From the sequence record SRR2962707_5123: DNA of 55,681 nt, one strand, 5' to 3'. Below, in pieces: positions 47,704 through 55,681 of this stretch. Below the pieces are notes generated by a model. That model was not told where the DNA came from. It was given only the letters and a program-made list of their open reading frames with translations, and searched no databases. The stretch's first letter is position 1. Each line of letters opens with the position of its first letter. A program made the translations under genes and the position numbers.

Positions 47704-49191
47704 TTACTCTTTCTCGAAAAAAGGTTCGACTATTTCTTTCGGAGTTGGCTTGGTTAAAAGGCTAACAGACACCAATGCAACAATAGATGCAATCAATGCT
47801 GGAATGGCTACCATTTTAGAATCAAAAGGAAAGGCCATGAACCCAAGATCTACCTCAGCACCTGATCTGTTCAATACCTCAATGATTACCACTGAAAGCA
47901 TACCTGCAAGTATGGAAGCAATGCCTCCTTGCTTGGTCACTCGTTTCCAGAAGAAAGTAGCAAGGAGTGGTGGAGCCAATGCTGCTCCAATCATGGTGTA
48001 AGAAATAAATGCCATGGATAATATCTCTTCAAACTGGGTCATGATGAGATAGGCTATAAATCCTAGAATAACAATAGAGGTTCGTTGAATGATTAGCTTC
48101 GTTTTCTCAGATGGATTCTTGATATAGTATTTCTCCATGATATCCCTGGAGAAGTTGGTCGAAGTGACCATTAAAAATGTATTACCTGTGGATAGGATGA
48201 TAGCTGCACCACCTGCAAACAGCAGAGAGCCAACAAAAGATGGTAATTGCTCAAACCCAATTCGTAGGATGATCTCTTCAGACATGGGGGCGTTTACTGA
48301 GCCATCTGCCATGAAGAATCGTGGGTCATGAGCATAAATCGCGAATCCAACAACTGCTAGTAAGCACATAAGAAACTCGATTCCAACCACTCCAATGAAC
48401 ATTCCCATCACTGCTTTCTTAGCTGATTTTGCATCCTTCGCAGAAGAGAATTTTTGATATACACTACTCTCACTCAGCAGAAGAATTAGTGTTGGCAGCA
48501 TGATACCGATGTACCATTGAAATTCATGGCCTTCGGTGACAGATAAGTGATGCGGGCTTACCTCGTTGATGGTGTTGACTACATTGTTCCAGCCACCAAA
48601 ACCACTTATGGCGAATGGCACAGCAAGAACAATGGCTAAAATCATGATGATCCCATTGAAGATGTCAATGGACACAATGGACACCATTCCTGCAAGAGAG
48701 GTAAAAGCGATAATGATTAGAAAGGTGATCAGTGTTCCTTGCTCAACAGAGATTGCATCTTCTGTGAGGATGGAAAGAAAACGCCCTCCACCTTTGAATT
48801 GATAACCAGCGATAATTAGATAAGCTACAATGATGGTGATCGTCCCTAATAATCTGGCAAGTGGTGAATATCGCTTCTCAAGTATATCTGTAAGGGTATA
48901 CTGTGATATTCGTCTAACCCTGGCGGCAATAAAGTAAACGGCAAGAATACCAATCCATGCGCCTAATGAGAACCATAACTCTGAGAACCCCACTTGAAAG
49001 GTCAGTCCTGCAGTGCCAAAAAGACTTCCTGAGCCTATCCATGTGGTAACTAACGTACCCACCAAAAGATATACCGGTACATTCCTACCTGCTACAACAA
49101 AATCTTCTTCACTCTTAACCGATTTACTCTTATAAATGATAATTCCGGCAAGTATGAGGATATATCCAATGGTTACAATTAGGTAGGTCAT
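47704..49191 (-). CDS. Sodium:solute symporter family protein
   Basis: DFVVAGR, TWIGSGS..G, AGMVS, AIILSTG; about 13 TM segments. Confidence 0.92.
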   Translation of the reverse strand: MTYLIVTIGYILILAGIIIYKSKSVKSEEDFVVAGRNVPVYLLVGTLVTTWIGSGSLFGTAGLTFQVGFSELWFSLGAWIGILAVYFIAARVRRISQYTLTDILEKRYSPLARLLGTITIIVAYLIIAGYQFKGGGRFLSILTEDAISVEQGTLITFLIIIAFTSLAGMVSIVSIDIFNGIIMILAIVLAVPFAISGFGGWNNVVNTINEVSPHHLSVTEGHEFQWYIGIMLPTLILLLSESSVYQKFSSAKDAKSAKKAVMGMFIGVVGIEFLMCLLAVVGFAIYAHDPRFFMADGSVNAPMSEEIILRIGFEQLPSFVGSLLFAGGAAIILSTGNTFLMVTSTNFSRDIMEKYYIKNPSEKTKLIIQRTSIVILGFIAYLIMTQFEEILSMAFISYTMIGAALAPPLLATFFWKRVTKQGGIASILAGMLSVVIIEVLNRSGAEVDLGFMAFPFDSKMVAIPALIASIVALVSVSLLTKPTPKEIVEPFFEKE

Positions 49192-49227
49192 GTTGTCTAT
49201 TTGAAATAAGCAGCCAATTTAGTCATT

Positions 49228-49815
49228 CTATGTGTCAGAACCTGAATTAGTTCCGTCATTGTCATAGGTATCCAATAGCATCTTGATCTTGGATTGGAGA
49301 TCGCTGGATGTAGCATTCATAACGTTTAAACTATAATAGAAAGAAAGCGCCGTGTTGTATGGGGGGATTTGATCCATCTGAGTTATGTGCTGTCCCATGT
49401 TTTGATAAAAAGAGGAAGTGAATTCCGTATAAAACTGCTGTGTATGGTAAATGTCAGCGGCATCAAGCAAAAACTGGCGATCCAGTGCGTTTATCGCCTT
49501 GTTGTTCTGAGCGATGGTCCATGCTGAGTTATTTAGCAGTTCAAAACCATAGCTAAATGATACGCTACTGATATCATCAGGATCGAGTTGAACCAGCGAG
49601 TCAATGTAATTATTGAAATCCTTGTTCATACTTAAAGTGCTATCTATTCGGGAGTAATTGTTTTTGCACTCAAGAAGAATGGATTGTTTCAATGCCTTAG
49701 CATCATTTTCAATATCTATATTTTGTTTATAAGAATTAAGGCCCAGGGCCAATAATACGGCAAAGACAATGGATAGGAATTCAAAAGCAAATTGAGTGAG
49801 GGCCTTTTTCTTCAT
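49228..49815 (-). CDS. Hypothetical membrane-anchored helical protein
   Basis: FEFLSIVFAVLLALGLN N-terminal anchor followed by a helical domain. Confidence 0.8.
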   Translation of the reverse strand: MKKKALTQFAFEFLSIVFAVLLALGLNSYKQNIDIENDAKALKQSILLECKNNYSRIDSTLSMNKDFNNYIDSLVQLDPDDISSVSFSYGFELLNNSAWTIAQNNKAINALDRQFLLDAADIYHTQQFYTEFTSSFYQNMGQHITQMDQIPPYNTALSFYYSLNVMNATSSDLQSKIKMLLDTYDNDGTNSGSDT

Positions 49816-49903
49816 ATGACTAAAATAAAAAATTGTGCTTATTGTGAATTAATAAACTCATTTTGTTTTGATTATCGGCAAGGCCGATTACTTTTATCGA
49901 ACA

Positions 49904-49969
49904 ATGAGAATTACAATAACAACATCCTTTACCCAAACCACCGGTATTTACCGATGGAAGGAATGGTAG
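49904..49969 (+). CDS. thrL: thr operon leader peptide (ThrL-like), 21 aa
   Basis: Hand translation MRITITTSFTQTTGIYRWKEW*: 6 Thr and 3 Ile; directly ahead of a terminator and thrA. Confidence 0.85.
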   Translation: MRITITTSFTQTTGIYRWKEW

Positions 49970-49991
49970 TTGTTAAAAATAGATAGATAAC

Positions 49992-50028
49992 AAAAACGCC
50001 ATTCTTCAGCTAAGGATGGCGTTTTTTT
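49992..50028 (+). terminator. Attenuator terminator upstream of thrA
   Basis: AAAAACGCCATTCTT-cagct-AAGGATGGCG followed by T7, ending 12 nt before ATG 50041. Confidence 0.88.
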
Positions 50029-50040
50029 ATGACCAGAAAA

Positions 50041-52467
50041 ATGAAGGTATTAAAATTTGGAGGCACATCACTAGGCAATGCGAAAGCAATTCGAGATGCC
50101 AGAAACATAATCAAAAACACAACCACACCTGTGGTAGTAGTGGTATCTGCCGTAGGAATTACAACAGATGAGCTTCAGAAGCTTGCACAACTGGCCGTGT
50201 CTGGAGATGATGCATACCTGAACTTGTTTGAGAAGATCAAGGCAATGCATTTAGCTCTTTCGAAAGAGCTGACAAGTGGAAAGGCTGACAAGCAAATACT
50301 GGAAGTGTTTGATCAATTGAACAGGGTGCTCGAGGGTGTTTATTTGTTAAGAGAATTGACACCTAGAAGTATGGATTTTATTCTTGGCACTGGAGAACTA
50401 CTTTCATCCAGGCTGATAACGACTTCTTTGGAAGAGGATAATCTTAAAGCCAAATGGTTTGATTCTCGTCAATATATCATTACCGATCATTCGTTTGGTA
50501 GCGCCAAAGTGATTCAATCCAAAACTACGTCACGATTAAAGAGTGCATCGGAAGACTTTGTTGATATCAATGTATTCCCAGGTTTCATTTCATCAACTGA
50601 GAGTGGGGAAATGACAACCCTGGGACGTGGTGGATCTGACTATACCGCCTCACTAATTGCAGCTGCTTTGCAAGCGGAGCAATTGGAGATATGGACAGAT
50701 GTTGATGGAATCATGACGGCTGACCCACGTCGTGTCAAACGCTCACATACATTGGATGAAGTATCATATGAAGAAGCTTTAGAGCTATCTCACTTTGGAG
50801 CCAAAGTCATCTATGCCCAAAGTATTCTGCCAGTGTATAAAGCAGGCATTTCAATGAAGGTTAAAAACACCTTCAATCCGGAAAAAGAAGGAACGCTGGT
50901 ATCGAGTGAGCATAGAAATGGAAATCTGATCAAGGGAATTTCAAGCATTGATGACATCACCATCATGTCAATAAGTGGTAATGATGCGAGGAGTAAAACC
51001 GATTTCTTCCCACGGCTTTTCAAGTCATTAGCTGATCATGAAATAGAAATTGCTTTTATGACACATAGTAATGCTGAATTCACCGTAACGTTTGGTTTCA
51101 AATCAAGTGAAGCTAAACGAGCGATCAAGGTTCTGAAGAAAGAATTTAAAGATCAGGATGAAAGTCGTGTGATACATCCGGCCATACTGGAGGAAGGCTA
51201 TGCTTTGTTAGCCCTCATTGGCTCCAATATGAAAAACCAGGTTGGAGTGAGCGGTGACATGTTCAATGTGTTGGGTAAAAATGGTATCAGTATCAAGGCG
51301 ATTTCTCAAGGATCATCTGAACGCAACATTTCGGCTATTATTCCAAAAGCAGACCTAAACAAAGCATTGAATGTCCTGCATGAGAACTTTTTCTTATCGA
51401 TGATGAAGCGTGTTAATCTATTCATTGTAGGTGCAGGCAATGTAGGGAAGGCCTTTTTGGATCAAATCACGAAACAGTTCTCCTTTCTAAAAGAACATCA
51501 TCACCTCAATATCAAAGTGATTGGTATTGCTAACTCAAGGAAAATGGCTTTTGAAGAAGATGGAATTCCACTGTCAAAATGGTCGGAATATCTGGATAAA
51601 GGGAAGAAGTTTGATAAGGATGCTTTTGTGAAAGAAATGGTTATGCTTAATTATCGAAGCAGCATTTTCATTGATATCACTGCATCACCAGACATTGCAG
51701 GGTTGTATAAAACCATTCTCAAGAAGAGTATTTCTGTTGTGACTCCAAACAAGATAGCTGCAACTCGTTCCAATGATGCATATCTGGAGCTGAAATCGAC
51801 AGCTAAGCGGTTCAGAAGTCAGTTTCTGATTGAGACCAATGTGTGTGCCGGACTTCCTATTCTCTCGACCCTTAGCGATCTCGTAAGGAGCGGAGACAAA
51901 GTACTAAGCATGGAGGCCGTGCTATCCGGGACATTGAATTTCCTCTTTAATGAATACGATGGAACGGAGACGTTCTGCTCGGTCATCAAGAAGGCCAAGG
52001 AATTAGGGTATACCGAGCCCGATCCTCGTCTGGATATTTCCGGCGAAGATGTCATGCGTAAATTGTTGATTCTAATCAGGGAGAGCGGCTATTCAATGGA
52101 AATGGATGAGATTGCCATTAAGTCCTTTCTTCCGGACTCGTGTAGAAAGAGTAAGGATCTGGATGAGTTCTATTCACTTATTGAGAAGGAGGAGGACTAC
52201 TTTAAAAAGATGTATCAAAAAGCCAGAGACAATGGTACCCGATTGAAAGTGGTAGCTTCTTATATCGATGGAAAAGGAAGTGTAAGTCTGAAAGAGATTC
52301 CGGAATCACATCCATTCTATCATTTGGAAGGAAAAGATAATGTGGTACTTTTCCACACGCAGCGATATAGTGAGCAGCCACTGGTGATCAAGGGAGCAGG
52401 AGCAGGAGCAGAGGTGACAGCCTCCGGGATTTTTGCAGATGTTTTACGCATATCACAATCAGAGTAA
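50041..52467 (+). CDS. thrA: Bifunctional aspartate kinase / homoserine dehydrogenase
   Basis: KFGGTS, TLGRGGSDYTA, WTDVDG, two ACT regions, GAGNVG, TEPDPRLD; start ATG 50041 (50029 possible). Confidence 0.96.
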   Translation: MKVLKFGGTSLGNAKAIRDARNIIKNTTTPVVVVVSAVGITTDELQKLAQLAVSGDDAYLNLFEKIKAMHLALSKELTSGKADKQILEVFDQLNRVLEGVYLLRELTPRSMDFILGTGELLSSRLITTSLEEDNLKAKWFDSRQYIITDHSFGSAKVIQSKTTSRLKSASEDFVDINVFPGFISSTESGEMTTLGRGGSDYTASLIAAALQAEQLEIWTDVDGIMTADPRRVKRSHTLDEVSYEEALELSHFGAKVIYAQSILPVYKAGISMKVKNTFNPEKEGTLVSSEHRNGNLIKGISSIDDITIMSISGNDARSKTDFFPRLFKSLADHEIEIAFMTHSNAEFTVTFGFKSSEAKRAIKVLKKEFKDQDESRVIHPAILEEGYALLALIGSNMKNQVGVSGDMFNVLGKNGISIKAISQGSSERNISAIIPKADLNKALNVLHENFFLSMMKRVNLFIVGAGNVGKAFLDQITKQFSFLKEHHHLNIKVIGIANSRKMAFEEDGIPLSKWSEYLDKGKKFDKDAFVKEMVMLNYRSSIFIDITASPDIAGLYKTILKKSISVVTPNKIAATRSNDAYLELKSTAKRFRSQFLIETNVCAGLPILSTLSDLVRSGDKVLSMEAVLSGTLNFLFNEYDGTETFCSVIKKAKELGYTEPDPRLDISGEDVMRKLLILIRESGYSMEMDEIAIKSFLPDSCRKSKDLDEFYSLIEKEEDYFKKMYQKARDNGTRLKVVASYIDGKGSVSLKEIPESHPFYHLEGKDNVVLFHTQRYSEQPLVIKGAGAGAEVTASGIFADVLRISQSE

Positions 52468-53390
52468 TGAATAAAGTCAAGGTATTTGCACCGGCCTCAG
52501 CGGCCAATATTGGTTGTGGATATGATACCATGGGATTTGCTGTGGAATCCATCGGAGAGGAAATCGAACTAAGCAAAAGGGACGATTCTAAATTGGTAAT
52601 TAGCCAGATAACCGGAGCAGAGCTAAGCAAGGATCCTGAAACGAATGTGGCATCAATAGCGATACAATCTTTGTTGGATGCATTGGGTTCGAAGCAGGGA
52701 TTTGATATCTCCATCCACAAACATTTCAAACCCGGAAGTGGGTTAGGTTCCAGCGCGAGCAGTGCGACAGGAGCAGTGTTTGCAGCCAACGAGTTACTGG
52801 ATCGACCTTTTTCCAAATCTGACCTTGTGCAGTTTGCTCTTGAAGGAGAGGCATTTGCCTCAAAGTGCTACCATGCGGATAATGTCGCGCCTTCATTGCT
52901 TGGGGGGATTCAAGTCATCCGAGGCTATGAACCACTCGATCTTTTCAGGGTGGACAGCACAATGAACTTACACGTGTTGATTGTATTTCCTGACGTGGAA
53001 GTTAAGACTGCTGAGTCAAAGAAGCTTTTACCAACGGAAATATCCATAGCTACCGCAAGGAATCAATGGGGGAATGTAGCAGCTTTTATTCATGCTTTGC
53101 ACACCAATAATTATGAGTTGTTGCAGAAATCAATTACCGACTTTATCGCTGAACCTGTGAGGAAAGGCTTTATTCCAATGTATGATGAAGTAAAAGCGGT
53201 GGCAGAACGGCATGGTGCTGTTGGTTTTAATATTTCTGGTTCTGGGCCCAGCATGTTTGCACTTTTTAAGGAAGCAGATGAACTAGAGGAAAGCATAGAT
53301 AGCATCATGGCGGTTTACCACGACACCAATTTTGATGTAACCATACACCGAACTAAAATAGACACAGAAGGGTGTCGAATAATCCAATGA
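52467..53390 (+). CDS. thrB: Homoserine kinase
   Basis: PASAANIGCGYD, PGSGLGSSAS GHMP motif, HADNVAP, ISGSGPS. Confidence 0.96.
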   Translation: MNKVKVFAPASAANIGCGYDTMGFAVESIGEEIELSKRDDSKLVISQITGAELSKDPETNVASIAIQSLLDALGSKQGFDISIHKHFKPGSGLGSSASSATGAVFAANELLDRPFSKSDLVQFALEGEAFASKCYHADNVAPSLLGGIQVIRGYEPLDLFRVDSTMNLHVLIVFPDVEVKTAESKKLLPTEISIATARNQWGNVAAFIHALHTNNYELLQKSITDFIAEPVRKGFIPMYDEVKAVAERHGAVGFNISGSGPSMFALFKEADELEESIDSIMAVYHDTNFDVTIHRTKIDTEGCRIIQ

Positions 53391-54664
53391 AGTTTTACAG
53401 CACAAAGGACCGAAACAATGCCACCTCATTCAGAGATGCAGTCATTAGCAGCCTGCCAAGTGATAATGGATTGTATTTCCCAGAACATATCCCAGCACTA
53501 CCTAGAGGTTTCATCAATGAATTGACCTCAAAGAATTTGGTTGATGTGGCTTTTGAGGTGTTGAAGCCTTTTTGCAAGGAAGATGTACCTGAAGATCGTT
53601 TGCAGGACATCATAAACGATACATTTGTTTTCGATATTCCTGTTGTGCGGGTGAAAGAAGGAGTTTATTGTCTGGAGCTCTTTCATGGTCCAACGATGGC
53701 ATTCAAAGACGTGGGGGCACGGTTTCTTGCTCGAACGTTATCCTATTTCCAGGAAACGGAAAACAGGGAAACGACCATTCTGGTAGCGACCTCCGGAGAT
53801 ACCGGAGGTGCTGTGGCTTCAGGATTTTACAATCAGCCAGGGATCAATGTGGTGATCTTATATCCCTCCGGAAAGGTGACTCCACTGCAGGAGCGACAGA
53901 TGACTACTTTGGGTGGAAATATACGGGCACTGGAAATTGACGGGGACTTTGACGACTGCCAGGCGATAGTGAAGCAGGCCTTTCTGGATAAGGAACTTTC
54001 AAAAAAAATCAATCTTTCCTCAGCCAACTCGATCAATATCGCAAGATGGCTACCACAGTCCGTGTATTACTACGCACCGTTCATGCAGTTGGAGGATGCT
54101 TCGGAGATGACCTTCAGTGTGCCAAGTGGAAATTATGGAAATATCACCTCAGGTATGCTGGCTAAGAAAATGGGATTGCCCATCAAGCAATTCATTGCTG
54201 CGTCCAATGCCAATGATGTTGTACCTAGATACTTGAGATCAGGTCAATACGAACCAAGGAATACCATCGCTACCATTTCCAACGCAATGGATGTGAGCAA
54301 GCCAAGCAATTTCACAAGATTAGAGACCCTTCACAATGGATCATTCGATTCCATCATTGAAGAAACATCCGGGTTTTCATTGGATGATACAGGAACCAAA
54401 GGAGCCATTAAGGAATGCTACGACACAGCCGGATACGTGATGGACCCACACAGTGCCATTGCTTACAAAGCCCTGGAAGACAAAGGAGAGAGGGGAGTGT
54501 TTCTTGGAACGGCACACTACTGCAAGTTCCTGGATGTGGTGAATGAATCGATAGGGGAAAAGCTGGAACTACCTGCCCATACAAATGGATTGTTTGAAAA
54601 GGAAAAGCAGTCAGAGAAGATGGGGAAAGGGTATGAGGTGTTTAGGGAGTATTTGATGAGTTGA
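53387..54664 (+). CDS. thrC: Threonine synthase
   Basis: ELFHGPTMAFKD PLP lysine, ATSGDTG, SANSIN, VPSGNYGN; ATGA overlap with thrB. Confidence 0.96.
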   Translation: MKFYSTKDRNNATSFRDAVISSLPSDNGLYFPEHIPALPRGFINELTSKNLVDVAFEVLKPFCKEDVPEDRLQDIINDTFVFDIPVVRVKEGVYCLELFHGPTMAFKDVGARFLARTLSYFQETENRETTILVATSGDTGGAVASGFYNQPGINVVILYPSGKVTPLQERQMTTLGGNIRALEIDGDFDDCQAIVKQAFLDKELSKKINLSSANSINIARWLPQSVYYYAPFMQLEDASEMTFSVPSGNYGNITSGMLAKKMGLPIKQFIAASNANDVVPRYLRSGQYEPRNTIATISNAMDVSKPSNFTRLETLHNGSFDSIIEETSGFSLDDTGTKGAIKECYDTAGYVMDPHSAIAYKALEDKGERGVFLGTAHYCKFLDVVNESIGEKLELPAHTNGLFEKEKQSEKMGKGYEVFREYLMS

Positions 54665-54667
54665 AAT

Positions 54668-54703
54668 AAAAAAGCCCTTCTGATATTATCAGAAGGGCTT
54701 TTT
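54668..54703. terminator. Bidirectional intrinsic terminator
   Basis: Perfect 17-bp inverted arms AAAAAGCCCTTCTGATA / TATCAGAAGGGCTTTTT between convergent genes. Confidence 0.9.
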
Positions 54704-54715
54704 CTTTAGCTATTT

Positions 54716-55642
54716 TTAATCGCCAATCTTCACAGTATCTCCACGCATGAATTCTTCATCACTATAGGTAACGAAAATGCCATTGCCACCTGGAGTTTGT
54801 GATCCAGCATTGATTTCAAATCGCTTAATCTTATTTTCCTTATAATCAATGCTTTCAGAAAAAATGAGCTCTTCAGTTTCATCGATGGTTAGGAATACTT
54901 TGGTTAAAATGTTTTTGAACTGATATGTTCCTCTCACCGCGACAATATGGAAGACTGAATCAACCGGATATTGAAGCGAATAACCGAAACTGTTGGCGGG
55001 AATGGACTCATTTACTAGCTGAACGGTAATTTCTCCAGCGGCAAAGTTGTTAGCTACAATTTCAATTCCTGATGATTTTCTATCTACTTCAATGGTTATT
55101 ATATCTCCATCGTTTAGGTCATCTGAAGAAATAGTAGTGTCAGCGGCATAGGCATCTAGTTCGGGAAAATCAGTAAGTTGAACGGATGAACTATCTCCAG
55201 ATGTATAAACTGTTGCACTAGAGCTATAGGTACCAACATTTTGTGGTGTCAAAGAGAATTCATTGTCGATAGTTAAGTAGCTCCCATTAAACCTGGCTGT
55301 TCCATTTATTTGTTCCATTCCATAGCCTGTGCCTTTTTTATATGAATGCACATAAAATGTATATGTGCTTCCATCTAGTATGTCAAGACTCACACCAGAT
55401 ACAGATGGAAAGAAGAGTCCATCCGCATACATGGCGCCATCTTTATGAACCATGATGGCTGTTATGGCATCCTCTTCATTTTCAGCAATTCGCCCATTGC
55501 CAAATTCAACATCAGATACATTCACGTAACCGGATAAATCCAGATAAACAGTTTTTGAGGTCCCTATTTCATCATCCTTGTCGGTATGATCACATGATAC
55601 AACTATCAGTGCAAGGAAAATAAGTGGATAAAGTAGTTTCAT
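54716..55642 (-). CDS. Hypothetical beta-rich lipoprotein
   Basis: Lipobox VVSC followed by DHTDKDDE. Confidence 0.8.
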   Translation of the reverse strand: MKLLYPLIFLALIVVSCDHTDKDDEIGTSKTVYLDLSGYVNVSDVEFGNGRIAENEEDAITAIMVHKDGAMYADGLFFPSVSGVSLDILDGSTYTFYVHSYKKGTGYGMEQINGTARFNGSYLTIDNEFSLTPQNVGTYSSSATVYTSGDSSSVQLTDFPELDAYAADTTISSDDLNDGDIITIEVDRKSSGIEIVANNFAAGEITVQLVNESIPANSFGYSLQYPVDSVFHIVAVRGTYQFKNILTKVFLTIDETEELIFSESIDYKENKIKRFEINAGSQTPGGNGIFVTYSDEEFMRGDTVKIGD

Positions 55643-55681
55643 GATTATGTTTTAATTTTTATTTCAAGACTCTCTTACCTA

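Noticed and set aside
52392-52411. GGAGCA tandem repeat in thrA as a phase-variation tract
   Set aside because: An in-frame hexamer encoding the normal GAGAG motif at the end of homoserine dehydrogenase.
587-54036. Many 60-180 aa ORFs overlapping the called genes (e.g. 587-997, 2699-3136, 12603-13142, 18175-18636, 52388-52816)
   Set aside because: They are antisense or off-frame shadows of genes with clear motifs and have no recognisable features.
1-55681. rRNA, tRNA, IS elements, integrases, prophage, CRISPR or multi-gene defence systems
   Set aside because: None recognised by eye; intergenic gaps are short and mostly explained by promoters and terminators.

Overview
About 55.7 kb of densely coding bacterial chromosome. 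The gene repertoire, TAnnTTTG-type -7 promoter boxes, AT-rich translation starts and lipoproteins with acidic stretches after the Cys point to Bacteroidota, probably a marine Cytophagales (inference). Most of it is housekeeping or accessory metabolism: two msrB, LOG, two DinB, lhgO, an aldehyde dehydrogenase-DUF779-AraC module, a BNR/VPS10 protein, an RND pump, dacB, an NhaP-type antiporter, a K+ channel, a DEDDh exonuclease, dnaB, ypdA, etfBA-nuclease-nupC-FKBP, an ECF sigma module, pckA and thrABC. I saw no rRNA, tRNA, CRISPR array, IS, integrase or prophage. The best candidate for an uncharacterised system is an operon joining a His-box desaturase/hydroxylase, a beta-helix lipoprotein and a diheme c-type cytochrome lipoprotein, with small unannotated ORFs divergent from it. 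Other highlights are a complete Thr/Ile leader-peptide attenuator ahead of a thrA whose first ACT domain is degenerate, a K+ channel coupled to an unknown lipoprotein, a bacterial GPP34/GOLPH3 homolog, an orphan CheC-like protein, a perfect DnaA box ahead of dnaB, and a probable 1-bp frameshift in a DinB gene. All family calls come from motif recognition by eye; no searches were run.
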